Below the pieces are notes generated by a model. That model was not told the origin of the DNA. It did no database searches and worked only from the letters and a program-made list of their open reading frames with translations. From IMG/VR virus record IMGVR_UViG_3300050343_000196, positions 1 through 61,131 of that record: 61,131 nt of DNA. One strand, written 5' to 3'. Positions 1 through 8,233 of this stretch are shown one piece after another. The stretch is from a virus. Its lineage: Duplodnaviria > Caudoviricetes. Numbering within the stretch: position 1 is the first letter of the stretch; every line of letters starts with the position of its first letter. The position numbers were made by a program, and so were the translations under genes.

Positions 1-75
1 GGTCGGGACGGGGACCGTGGGAGCGGAGCAACACCAGCTCAACGCTCTCCAAATAACCCCGGATCCTATTTGCTA

Positions 76-106
76 TACGTCTTTAATACGATTCTTTATG
101 ATAATA
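76..106 (+). promoter_or_regulatory. Repeated early-promoter-like motif, copy 1 (TACGT-N6-TACGA-N8-GATAATA)
   Basis: tacgt ctttaa tacga ttctttat gataata directly upstream of ORF 132. Confidence 0.75.
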
Positions 107-131
107 TATATGAACTTTAAAAATAATTACA

Positions 132-356
132 ATGCAAAAAATTAAATATAATAAATCAAAACAAACTTATACAATTTCAACTTTATCAAAAAATAAACAA
201 ATAATTCAACTTGAAATTCTTACTAAATTAAATAATAAAACTCAAAAATTACTTAACTTATCTAATAAATTTCATACAACTTCATTCTTACCAAACTTTG
301 TAAAAATAAATAATCTTTATTACAAACAAGAATTTGACTTTGACTATGTTGATTAA
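132..356 (+). CDS. Hypothetical early protein (Lys/Asn-rich, very G-poor)
   Basis: ORF after motif copy 1 with A-rich leader. Confidence 0.6.
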   Translation: MQKIKYNKSKQTYTISTLSKNKQIIQLEILTKLNNKTQKLLNLSNKFHTTSFLPNFVKINNLYYKQEFDFDYVD

Positions 357-380
357 TTAAAGTTCGGTTCATGAACAACA

Positions 381-430
381 GCGCGTGCTACGGTACTAAG
401 GTGCGGGTTCGACTCCCGCCACGCGTTCTA
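381..430 (+). ncRNA. Truncated tRNA-like element (acceptor stem + T-arm, no D-arm); possible tRNA-Arg(ACG) remnant
   Basis: GCGCGTG(381-387)/CACGCGT(420-426) 7-bp stem; GCGGG-TTCGACT-CCCGC T-arm (403-419); CTACGGT anticodon-like loop; ends in CTA like the tRNA-Met gene. Confidence 0.55.
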
Positions 431-448
431 ATCTTAAAAACAATTATT

Positions 449-646
449 ATGACTAAACTAGAAAAATTACGCAAGAAAGTAAAACTACAGAATACGTGGA
501 CTAACAAGAGGATCACGTTCGGAACTACGGACAGAATGAAATCCAGTACTAAACCAAGCTATAGCAGAAGCGCACTGTGGACATATCACAATAATAACAA
601 GTACTACTCACACAGTAAGTGGGAAGGTTTAAAAGCTGACGTATAA
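449..646 (+). CDS. Hypothetical basic protein
   Basis: ORF 371..646; ATG at 449 has an A-rich leader and avoids the tRNA-like element. Confidence 0.55.
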   Translation: MTKLEKLRKKVKLQNTWTNKRITFGTTDRMKSSTKPSYSRSALWTYHNNNKYYSHSKWEGLKADV

Positions 647-696
647 TGGAAGCTCTGATCTTTCTGCTCCCAGGAGTGGCGTTCATAATTTTGCTA

Positions 697-728
697 TACG
701 TCTTAGCTACGATTGAATAATGATAATA
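697..728 (+). promoter_or_regulatory. Repeated motif copy 2
   Basis: tacgt cttagc tacga ttgaataat gataata, upstream of short ORF 749..862. Confidence 0.75.
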
Positions 729-1055
729 TAAATGTAAAAACAATAACAATGAAACATATACCTAAAAAAGAATTTAATAGATTCTATACAATAATGAAAA
801 ACAATCCAGGAAAATCAGTACTGGAAGTACATAATCTTTATATGAACAAAAAAAAGATATAGCTTTAGAAGCTAATAACCTAATGCCAAAAGAATTACTA
901 ACTAATAAAATAAAATAACTATGGAAATGAATAAACCACAAATGGTATGATTACGATAATTTAATGTACTAAGATAAAGACGATTTAGCAAGCTATAATT
1001 GAAATGCAAGAAAAATGATTGCAATATGTCAGTTGACTGAAGTGATAAATACACA

Positions 1056-1301
1056 ATGCTAACAATGATTAAAATAAATAATATGAAATCAGAATTTAAT
1101 TACTGGGTCGAAGTCAGATGTAATGTTGGCTGGCCCGAAGGAAACTACACAGAAGAACACTACGAGTTTGACACTAAAAAGAAAGCTCTAACCTTTGCTA
1201 GGCAAATGGATAATCAAGCAGATACATATGTACATAATGTGTATGATTACGAAACGGTACAAAGAACATACGACCCGATCGATATAACTCATGAGATGTA
1301 A
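1056..1301 (+). CDS. Hypothetical early protein
   Basis: ORF, coding-like composition. Confidence 0.6.
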   Translation: MLTMIKINNMKSEFNYWVEVRCNVGWPEGNYTEEHYEFDTKKKALTFARQMDNQADTYVHNVYDYETVQRTYDPIDITHEM

Positions 1302-1307
1302 ATGCTA

Positions 1308-1339
1308 TACGTCACGAATACGATTAACTAACGATAATA
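1308..1339 (+). promoter_or_regulatory. Repeated motif copy 3
   Basis: tacgt cacgaa tacga ttaactaac gataata. Confidence 0.75.
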
Positions 1340-1374
1340 AATACGATTAATAATAATAACTAAAAACAATAACT

Positions 1375-1948
1375 ATGAATAAAATAACATTAAAAGAATT
1401 TTACAACCGCGCTACTGCAAAAAACATTAAAACAATGCGTGGACACGATGGACCATCACAAGAATGGGATGTATACTTTGATAATAAAAAGATATGTAAC
1501 TGTTGGGATGATTCATACGGAGGTGATTTACAAGTCACAAACTATGACGGTAAAAGTATCGAAGATATATGGAATACAATAGATAAAGACTCAACATGGG
1601 ATCCAGATTATGAATGGCATACTCAATAGAGATATTGTACTTGAAGAAGTTAAGTCAAGAACTAGATGGCTTAAAGATCAAAAGAAGGGTGTACTAATAG
1701 GATTTAATAAATCCAACTACGATATAATAGGTTACAAATCTAGTATATTAGATATGCTTAGAAAATCCTTAGAATACCAAAAAGAATATATTAAAATATT
1801 CACTGAAGAAACAAATACAAAAACTGATGGCTTTGTACTTAACTGGCAATATCTTGAGGGATGTGGAATTGATGTCCCTGAGAAATACAGATGGTCAAGA
1901 GCTAAATATGTTAAGCAGGTTCGCGGTGGTGGACCAGTAAATAAATAA
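1375..1948 (+). CDS. Hypothetical early protein(s); ORFs 1375..1629 and 1610..1948, possibly one frameshifted gene
   Basis: Overlapping ORFs with continuous coding-like composition. Confidence 0.55.
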
Positions 1949-1968
1949 TAGTTAGTTTTTAAGTTCAT

Positions 1969-2044
1969 TAATTAGGATAACCCTTAGTAACCCAGAAACA
2001 GTATCTCAATGAGATATGTAGTCACGGGTGAATGGGCCTAATTA
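1969..2044 (+). ncRNA. Putative structured RNA hairpin with loop-E (AGUA/GAA) module
   Basis: TAATTAGG/CCTAATTA outer stem; CCC-TTAGTA-ACCC ... GGGT-GAA-TGGG; inner GTATCTC-AAT-GAGATAT; intergenic. Confidence 0.5.
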
Positions 2045-2063
2045 TGTATAGCATGTATAGCAA

Positions 2064-2095
2064 AACGTAGGAAATACGGACCCATCCTGATAATA
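2064..2095 (+). promoter_or_regulatory. Repeated motif, degenerate copy 4
   Basis: aacgt aggaaa tacgg acccatcct gataata; same spacing. Confidence 0.55.
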
Positions 2096-2132
2096 TAACT
2101 AAGGCTCCTCGCTTCGCTCGGAATTAAAAAGA

Positions 2133-2166
2133 TACGTAGAACGAATACGAATGGACTAGGATAATA
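2133..2166 (+). promoter_or_regulatory. Repeated motif copy 5 (N8 first spacer)
   Basis: tacgt agaacgaa tacga atggactag gataata. Confidence 0.7.
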
Positions 2167-2180
2167 TATATGTAAAAAGT

Positions 2181-2230
2181 ATGACAATAGAAACTTACTT
2201 ATTAATATTATATAGTTACCTAATTTGTCA
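2181..2230. repeat. Imperfect palindrome TGACAATAG..TATTATATA..CTAATTTGTCA, related to 60843-60891
   Basis: Shared ATGACAATAG arm and TATTATATA core with the right-end element. Confidence 0.5.
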
Positions 2231-2317
2231 CATTTTTGTGTAAACACAACTTGAGACCTTGATGGTTAAGAAATGAAATAATAAGAACCTTAGACACAAT
2301 GTTAAACCTAGATTAAA

Positions 2318-2491
2318 ATGAAACAACTAACAAAACAACAACTAGAATACTTTTATAGGCTTTATGAATTAAATCCTATGAGCTCAATAATGAGTAGGCT
2401 AATGGATATGACCAACAGTAAAAACCATGCTATACAACTCATGGAACAAGTCGAAGAATATATAACTAAAAAAGATTTAAACGAAATATAA
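2318..2491 (+). CDS. Small hypothetical protein (57 aa)
   Basis: Manually read ORF MKQLTKQQLEYFY...; stop overlaps the next start (TAATG). Confidence 0.6.
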   Translation: MKQLTKQQLEYFYRLYELNPMSSIMSRLMDMTNSKNHAIQLMEQVEEYITKKDLNEI

Positions 2492-2637
2492 TGACACAAC
2501 CAGAATTTATAGACGTTTGTACACGTCACGGAGTAGACCAATGGATAGTAATGGATGATTTACTATTGAATGGTAAACAACACCCTCATGATTTAACAGT
2601 TAATGACTTAAATGAATTTATGTGGAGTACGTATTAA
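2491..2637 (+). CDS. Small hypothetical protein (48 aa)
   Basis: Manually read ORF MTQPEFIDVC... Confidence 0.55.
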   Translation: MTQPEFIDVCTRHGVDQWIVMDDLLLNGKQHPHDLTVNDLNEFMWSTY

Positions 2638-2659
2638 ATACGATGACAATAGGATAATA
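2628..2659 (+). promoter_or_regulatory. Repeated motif copy 6
   Basis: tacgt attaaa tacga tgacaatag gataata. Confidence 0.75.
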
Positions 2660-2676
2660 ATATAAAATAAATAACA

Positions 2677-2841
2677 ATGAAATATACATTTGAAATACAA
2701 TTTAATAAAACAAATACAAAAGTAACAAGTAAACAACCAATAACATTTAGTAATAATTCTAACTCATATGAATTCAAAACTAAAAATGAATTAATTGAAT
2801 TCTTTTCTGAAATCTTTTATTACAATGTTAACCACGACTAA
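2677..2841 (+). CDS. Small hypothetical protein (54 aa, G-poor)
   Basis: Manually read ORF MKYTFEIQFNK... after the motif. Confidence 0.55.
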   Translation: MKYTFEIQFNKTNTKVTSKQPITFSNNSNSYEFKTKNELIEFFSEIFYYNVNHD

Positions 2842-2998
2842 AATAAAAACTAATGAATATAAAAGCAATTATATGGAAAGACAAAACTATAACATATAAA
2901 ATAAATAATAAAATAATAACAACTAAAATAAAAAAAACAAAAAAAAAGAAACAAGTAGACATTGGACCGTTGAATTAAACGTCGGTTCAAAAAGAAAC

Positions 2999-3478
2999 AT
3001 GGGCAAGCTCAGACACTCTAAAACTTCTGGATATAGATATGCTTACCATGATTTAAACCACGTCAGAGAAAAAATTAAAAACAGATTTGATGGCGGAAGT
3101 GGTAACATAGTTAAAGCTATGTTTGAATTTGATGGTACATACAATGATGAAATCGAAAAATCATTTTATATTGCATTTAGCTTTTATGGTAATATTGAAA
3201 CCTTTAAAGATGAAGATGGAATTGAGGTTGAACATATGCCTTTATCCGATCGAAAAATACTTGAAGATAAATTGACTATACTATGTATGGAACTCGAACA
3301 AGAATGTATTGGTTACAACATTAAAGAGTGGACATCATCAACATTTTATCCAACAGGTAAACAGGATTTAATATACCATCCTAATTATGAAGGTGAGCAA
3401 ATGATATTTGAAGATGAGTACTTTATGACCTTTGGGTATCACAAGCTATCATCTTTTGAAAAATTACATACTGTATAA
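2999..3478 (+). CDS. Hypothetical protein
   Basis: 159-aa ORF. Confidence 0.7.
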   Translation: MGKLRHSKTSGYRYAYHDLNHVREKIKNRFDGGSGNIVKAMFEFDGTYNDEIEKSFYIAFSFYGNIETFKDEDGIEVEHMPLSDRKILEDKLTILCMELEQECIGYNIKEWTSSTFYPTGKQDLIYHPNYEGEQMIFEDEYFMTFGYHKLSSFEKLHTV

Positions 3479-3480
3479 AC

Positions 3481-3699
3481 ATGGATAAAGAATTAATACA
3501 AATAGAAAAAAATGAGTTGATTGAAACGATCGGTCAACTCATGGCTGAATATACAGTTGATGAATACAGAGACTATACAGGCTCAGTACAAAGTGCTATA
3601 CATTCTATAATTGATGACAGTATTGAAAAACATATCCAGAGAATTGGCGATGAGATTTTATGCAAATATCAATTAGGATACTATAAAGATAATACGTAA
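3481..3699 (+). CDS. Hypothetical acidic protein
   Basis: ORF in a tight operon. Confidence 0.7.
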   Translation: MDKELIQIEKNELIETIGQLMAEYTVDEYRDYTGSVQSAIHSIIDDSIEKHIQRIGDEILCKYQLGYYKDNT

Positions 3700-3724
3700 C
3701 AAATACGACAGTAGACCGATAATA
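3693..3724 (+). promoter_or_regulatory. Repeated motif copy 7
   Basis: tacgt aacaaa tacga cagtagacc gataata; overlaps upstream stop. Confidence 0.8.
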
Positions 3725-3753
3725 TAATAAATTAATAACTAAAATAAATAAAT

Positions 3754-3936
3754 ATGAAACAAATAGATTTTGAAGATTGCGTCAGTAGTCTTATAGATAT
3801 GATTGAAATGGAAATCTTAGATACAATAGATTTTTATAGAGAATCAAAAGGTTTAGACCTTACAGAAGAAAAACAAATTGAATATACTGAAACTGTATAT
3901 GAAATGATTAGACAACAATTAAAAGAAAAAATATAA
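3754..3936 (+). CDS. Hypothetical acidic protein
   Basis: ORF after the motif. Confidence 0.7.
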   Translation: MKQIDFEDCVSSLIDMIEMEILDTIDFYRESKGLDLTEEKQIEYTETVYEMIRQQLKEKI

Positions 3937-3938
3937 TT

Positions 3939-4211
3939 ATGACTAAATATTCACAACAATACGATAACAAATTGCTTGAAGGTATACTAGACCATATGGC
4001 AAATGAACTAAAATCTGAATTTGGTTTTAGTACTCTTGATGAGGAAGATACATTAGATGTAATTTCATTATTCGTTGATAATCCAGATAAGTATGAAACT
4101 GCTTATTTACATTCAATTGAAACTGAAGATACTGAAGTTGTACCAGCTAAAGAAATGTCTAACGTAGAGATTTTAAAAAATCTTGTAGATTATAATAGAT
4201 ACGATGGATGA
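3939..4211 (+). CDS. Hypothetical acidic protein
   Basis: ORF in operon. Confidence 0.7.
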   Translation: MTKYSQQYDNKLLEGILDHMANELKSEFGFSTLDEEDTLDVISLFVDNPDKYETAYLHSIETEDTEVVPAKEMSNVEILKNLVDYNRYDG

Positions 4212-4584
4212 AGCTAAATACAGATACTGGACAAAAGAGTACTCCGATCATTTAATTGAAGATGTATCAGATGAAATGGTACTTGAATATGAGGAAGGTG
4301 TAGCGGGTGAAGTTGTAAATGAATTTGTAGTTGAGGAAGATTACGTCATGCAATTAATTGAATACTGGGTTGACAATTATACAATGGGCAATAACAAGTG
4401 CAAAGAAATTGTTGACAACCTTGACTATGATATATTTGAAATAGATATGGAATTTGGTACAAGACCTGACTCTTGGAAACAAGCAGGAGTCTGGGCACTT
4501 GACCATGCTATACATACTGACGATAATATACAAGCTATATATAAATTAACTAACGAAAAATTACAAGAGCTATGGAAAAAGTAA
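4204..4584 (+). CDS. Hypothetical acidic protein
   Basis: ORF in operon. Confidence 0.7.
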   Translation: MDEAKYRYWTKEYSDHLIEDVSDEMVLEYEEGVAGEVVNEFVVEEDYVMQLIEYWVDNYTMGNNKCKEIVDNLDYDIFEIDMEFGTRPDSWKQAGVWALDHAIHTDDNIQAIYKLTNEKLQELWKK

Positions 4585-4829
4585 ATCCTGAAATGGAAGG
4601 CGAAAACTGGAGTGTAAAAAAACACCCAGTACATAAAGATAAATATGTTGCAAGACATATAAATATATGGGGTAGTGAAGCTCATACAGTAGACTCATTA
4701 ATTGAAGCTATGGAGATAATAGATAAATTTAAAAACCAAGAAGATTGGATTTTACAAAAGCGTGAGGAATTTGGTGATTATATGTGGAATAATGATGATT
4801 TCAGAAAAGATATAACCAAAGGTACGTAA
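4572..4829 (+). CDS. Hypothetical protein
   Basis: ORF in operon. Confidence 0.7.
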   Translation: MEKVNPEMEGENWSVKKHPVHKDKYVARHINIWGSEAHTVDSLIEAMEIIDKFKNQEDWILQKREEFGDYMWNNDDFRKDITKGT

Positions 4830-4854
4830 CAAATACGATAACAAATAGATAATA
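4823..4854 (+). promoter_or_regulatory. Repeated motif copy 8
   Basis: tacgt aacaaa tacga taacaaata gataata. Confidence 0.8.
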
Positions 4855-4870
4855 TAATAAACAAAACAAC

Positions 4871-5087
4871 ATGAGAAAAATTAAATACGATTTTATAACA
4901 GTAGACTCAACAGCAATACAATCTATGAGATACTACAAAACAAAGAAATTTATTAGTTAAATTTCAAAACGATACAAATTACTTATACAAAGATATACCA
5001 GTTAGATTGTTTCAAAAAATGAGAAACAGTTATTCGATCGGTAAATTCTTTAACAAACATATTAAAAATAACTTTATTTTAGGTTAG
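4871..5087 (+). CDS. KTSC-domain protein (one frameshift near 4945)
   Basis: Joined read: VDSTAIQSMRY...LLVKFQNDTNYLYKDIP...FQKMRNSYSIGKFFNKHIK, matching the KTSC pattern (S-S-I...Y...L.V.F...Y.Y..VP...S.G..FN..I). Confidence 0.7.
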
Positions 5088-5102
5088 TTATTTATTTTAG
5101 AT

Positions 5103-5179
5103 GAGCGGGATTTGTCTGGCGGTTTGATTACAAAACGGTGCAATAAAAAGGTAATGCCAGAAGCACCCACATCCTGCTC
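5103..5179 (+). ncRNA. Putative structured RNA (nested stems, possible pseudoknot)
   Basis: GAGCGGGAT/ATCCTGCTC; TCTGGC/GCCAGA; ATTAC/GTAAT; GGTGC(5137-41) complementary to GCACC(5163-67). Confidence 0.5.
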
Positions 5180-5189
5180 TAATAATATT

Positions 5190-5277
5190 AGGGTGTAAGT
5201 CCAATGGGCAATCCTTAGAGCGAGCAAGTTTAGCACGGTGGTTCAAACCAAGTACGGTACAATTCCGTTACGCTCTT
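5190..5277 (+). ncRNA. Degenerate tRNA-like element
   Basis: AGGGTGT/ACGCTCT acceptor-like stem; GTCC-AAT-GGGC; TGGT-TCAA-ACCA; T-arm-like ACGG-TACAATT-CCGT; no clear anticodon arm. Confidence 0.35.
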
Positions 5278-5285
5278 AAACCTAT

Positions 5286-5357
<72 letters not shown>

Positions 5358-5371
5358 CTAAATTATAAATT

Positions 5372-5557
5372 ATGATGATGTTTTTAAATACAAATGGAAG
5401 GCAAGGTGTAAGTTCATTCAACTTAAACTTTGAATTTACTGATGAGCAAATCAAATTGCTTAAAAAGTATGGCGATCAAATTACAGCTATATATTACAGT
5501 GAAAAAAATAATAAAGGTAAACTAAAAATACAAAAAATTGAATATCCCGAAATTTAA
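5372..5557 (+). CDS. Hypothetical protein
   Basis: ORF. Confidence 0.55.
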   Translation: MMMFLNTNGRQGVSSFNLNFEFTDEQIKLLKKYGDQITAIYYSEKNNKGKLKIQKIEYPEI

Positions 5558-5777
5558 TATAACAACAGATGGAGATCTTATTATATATAATTTACATAAT
5601 CAAAACAATAATACTAACCCTAATAATTACTACAGTATGGAATCACTCATGACATATCAAGAGCAAAGAATCAAAGCAATGGAGGAACATATTCAAATGC
5701 TTGAAGATGAATGCAAAGCTTTATATGACCAAATGGATAATTGCAATGGTCAATGTAAATTAACAGTATCAGATTAA
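5538..5777 (+). CDS. Hypothetical coiled-coil protein
   Basis: ORF with heptad-like C-terminus. Confidence 0.55.
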   Translation: MNIPKFNITTDGDLIIYNLHNQNNNTNPNNYYSMESLMTYQEQRIKAMEEHIQMLEDECKALYDQMDNCNGQCKLTVSD

Positions 5778-5778
5778 G

Positions 5779-5810
5779 TACGTACCAAATACGAATAACC
5801 TTAGATAATA
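5779..5810 (+). promoter_or_regulatory. Repeated motif copy 9
   Basis: tacgt accaaa tacga ataacctta gataata; precedes short ORF 5818..5967. Confidence 0.8.
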
Positions 5811-5966
5811 ATAACCTATGAAATTAACAATACTAAATTTTACAACTGGTCATATACATATACATAATGTATCAAGCCAAACAGAAGTTATGAATCATGT
5901 TGATAGTCATTCAGATAAAACATGGATGTTATCAAATGATAAAGAATTTAAAATAATAAACCACTA

Positions 5967-6461
5967 ATGAATATATTTTACTTACACCCAGACCCAGTAA
6001 AAGCTGCTGAATATCATTACAACAGACATGTTGTTAAAATGCCGTTGGAAGCTGCCCAAATGCTTTGTACTGCACATCATGTGATCGGAGAAGATTATGA
6101 GTATGATACTAGTTATGTTCCTTATAAGAAAGCGCATGTAAACCACCCGTCAACAATATGGGTGCGTTCAGGCTTAGACAATTACAATTGGACATATCAG
6201 TACATGATGGCGCTGGGTGATGAGTATACTAACAGATACGGTAGAACGCATCTTACTATTGAAAAGTGTAGAGACGTGCTATACACACCACCTTTATATA
6301 TTGATAATACACCTTTCACACAACCACCTCAATGTATGCCTGATGAATATAAAGTTGAAAATCATTCATCTAAAGCATACTGGAATTATTATATTAACGA
6401 TAAAAAACAAGTAACAATAAAAGATGAGCAACCGCATTTACAAGCACCTAGTTTCATATAA
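5967..6461 (+). CDS. Pyrimidine-dimer DNA glycosylase-like protein
   Basis: MNIFYLHPDP...HVVKMPLEAAQML...HVNHPSTIWVR...PPQCMPDEYK family motifs. Confidence 0.8.
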   Translation: MNIFYLHPDPVKAAEYHYNRHVVKMPLEAAQMLCTAHHVIGEDYEYDTSYVPYKKAHVNHPSTIWVRSGLDNYNWTYQYMMALGDEYTNRYGRTHLTIEKCRDVLYTPPLYIDNTPFTQPPQCMPDEYKVENHSSKAYWNYYINDKKQVTIKDEQPHLQAPSFI

Positions 6462-6624
6462 TATATTTGGAATTAGAGATAAAATAAAAAAACAACAGCA
6501 GAGTAGCAAACCGAATAAACGATATGCAAAAAAGAGAGTTAAATAGAGTTTTAATTTATATTGGTGTACCCCTTTGGATTATAGCTATATCGTTTATTGC
6601 TCTCTGTATTATAATAAATAATTT

Positions 6625-6870
6625 ATGGTTTTAGAATTTATACATAACATAAGAGATAAACACGATCTTTATTCAAGGAAGCAAAAACATTTAAGATTTG
6701 TTGGTCAAAGATTATATGATTTGCATTCTGAAATTACAAATGAGTCTATGGAATTACATAAACTTAAAGGAATAAAATTAAACAACAAAGTAAATAGATT
6801 AGTTTTATTATCATCTAATATAGAAAGATATAAAAAATATTTAAAGCTAATCACTTTTATGAAAAAATAA
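6625..6870 (+). CDS. Hypothetical protein
   Basis: ORF abutting the next gene. Confidence 0.6.
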   Translation: MVLEFIHNIRDKHDLYSRKQKHLRFVGQRLYDLHSEITNESMELHKLKGIKLNNKVNRLVLLSSNIERYKKYLKLITFMKK

Positions 6871-7491
6871 ATGTTTGAAAGAAATTTGAAATATTTAAAC
6901 GACAATAGAATATTATATAGACGTGATCCAGTTGATGATATACCTACAAAACAATACAATTGGGGTTGGTATTATGAACATGGAACGTTTGAATGTTATG
7001 CTCTATTTCGTAGCAAAGCTAAGATAACTACATATAAATCTTTGAAGTGGCACTTAATTGTACTGTATTACTTGAATCAAGAAATGACACACTTACAATT
7101 TAACACGCTAGCAAGATTTGTAGCAAACAAAAGCAATGGCTATGTAACATTCAATTGTCCTACAGATATTATTGATAAAATGATTAATGAAGTTTCATTA
7201 ATAGATTTCGATAATGACAGACCTAAAAATAAAGCTAGAAAAGTTATTTTTAGAGATAATTCAGGATTAAATACAAAACAAAAACAACAAATAATAGGTA
7301 AGTTAATTGGTAAACAGAAAAAAGCTACACCAGAAGATATATATGAAGCTATGTTAACAATTAATGATGACAAACAAAAGATAACAATAAAAAAGATAGC
7401 AACTATTTTAAACGTCTCGACGAGAACTATTTATAGAAATATAAGTAATGGATTAGTTAGAGAAAAAACACTTTTAAATGAAAAGATATAA
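6871..7491 (+). CDS. DNA-binding protein with C-terminal HTH
   Basis: ITIKKIATILNVSTRTIYRN HTH signature. Confidence 0.7.
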   Translation: MFERNLKYLNDNRILYRRDPVDDIPTKQYNWGWYYEHGTFECYALFRSKAKITTYKSLKWHLIVLYYLNQEMTHLQFNTLARFVANKSNGYVTFNCPTDIIDKMINEVSLIDFDNDRPKNKARKVIFRDNSGLNTKQKQQIIGKLIGKQKKATPEDIYEAMLTINDDKQKITIKKIATILNVSTRTIYRNISNGLVREKTLLNEKI

Positions 7492-8233
7492 CGTCCAAAA
7501 CTATGTCAGGTGGAAACTTGATTTAGAAGACAGTTTAAATTTAGCCTCAAAGGGTAAATACTCAGAGAGAGATAACATTATAATTGAAAATTTAGAATTA
7601 GTCGAGTCCGTAGCGCGCTCGTTTTCTACTTCAGACCAAGCTTCCGGCGTTCTAAGTATAAATGATTTATTGCAATCAGGAGCAGAAGGTTTAATTTACG
7701 CAGTCGATCGAATAGATTGGAGTGTTGTTAATGAATCTGAGCACCCTGAGAAAACGCTTAAATCGTTTTTGTCGAAACGTATAAGAGGATCAATAAGAAG
7801 AGAGATTGATATTAATCGAGGTAACATGAGGATCCCCGAATACAAGCTTAATGAAATTAGAAAATCAGACGGTGGAGATAAGATGATAGTGCAAATGTTT
7901 TTTAACAGTATATTTTCTAGTATAGATATTGAATATGAAAATGATGAAGACAACTCTGTAATGCAGATTGAGGATAAATCAGAGAAATACAATATAGATA
8001 TAATTAATAAATATCTATTGGGTCTTATGAAGACAAATCTATTAGAAAGAGAATATGATGTACTACGTATGAGCTATGGGCTCGACTGTGATAAAATGAC
8101 TGCTAAACAAATAGCAGCTGAACTTAATATAGAAGGCACCGCTAATTATGTTCGAGTCTCACAAATTAAAAGAGACGCAATAGATAAATTGGTGCAAAAC
8201 GTTGACAAATCACAAGTCTTAGATTTTTTATGA
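7478..8233 (+). CDS. Sigma-70 family RNA polymerase sigma factor
   Basis: Region 2 (NLELVESVA..DLLQSGAEGLIYAVDR..RIRGSI) and region 4 (REYDVLRMSYGL..AKQIA..RVSQIKRDAIDKL). Confidence 0.85.
   Translation: MKRYNVQNYVRWKLDLEDSLNLASKGKYSERDNIIIENLELVESVARSFSTSDQASGVLSINDLLQSGAEGLIYAVDRIDWSVVNESEHPEKTLKSFLSKRIRGSIRREIDINRGNMRIPEYKLNEIRKSDGGDKMIVQMFFNSIFSSIDIEYENDEDNSVMQIEDKSEKYNIDIINKYLLGLMKTNLLEREYDVLRMSYGLDCDKMTAKQIAAELNIEGTANYVRVSQIKRDAIDKLVQNVDKSQVLDFL

Noticed and set aside
371-448. N-terminal extension of ORF 371..646
   Set aside because: It overlaps the tRNA-like element, and ATG 449 has the typical A-rich leader.
1969-2044. Hammerhead ribozyme or c-di-AMP riboswitch call for this hairpin
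   Set aside because: The CUGAnGA core is absent and only a GGGUGAAU fragment resembles ydaO, so it is left as an unassigned RNA.
6217-6414. +1-frame ORF inside the glycosylase gene
   Set aside because: Short, with no signal features and no evident codon distortion.
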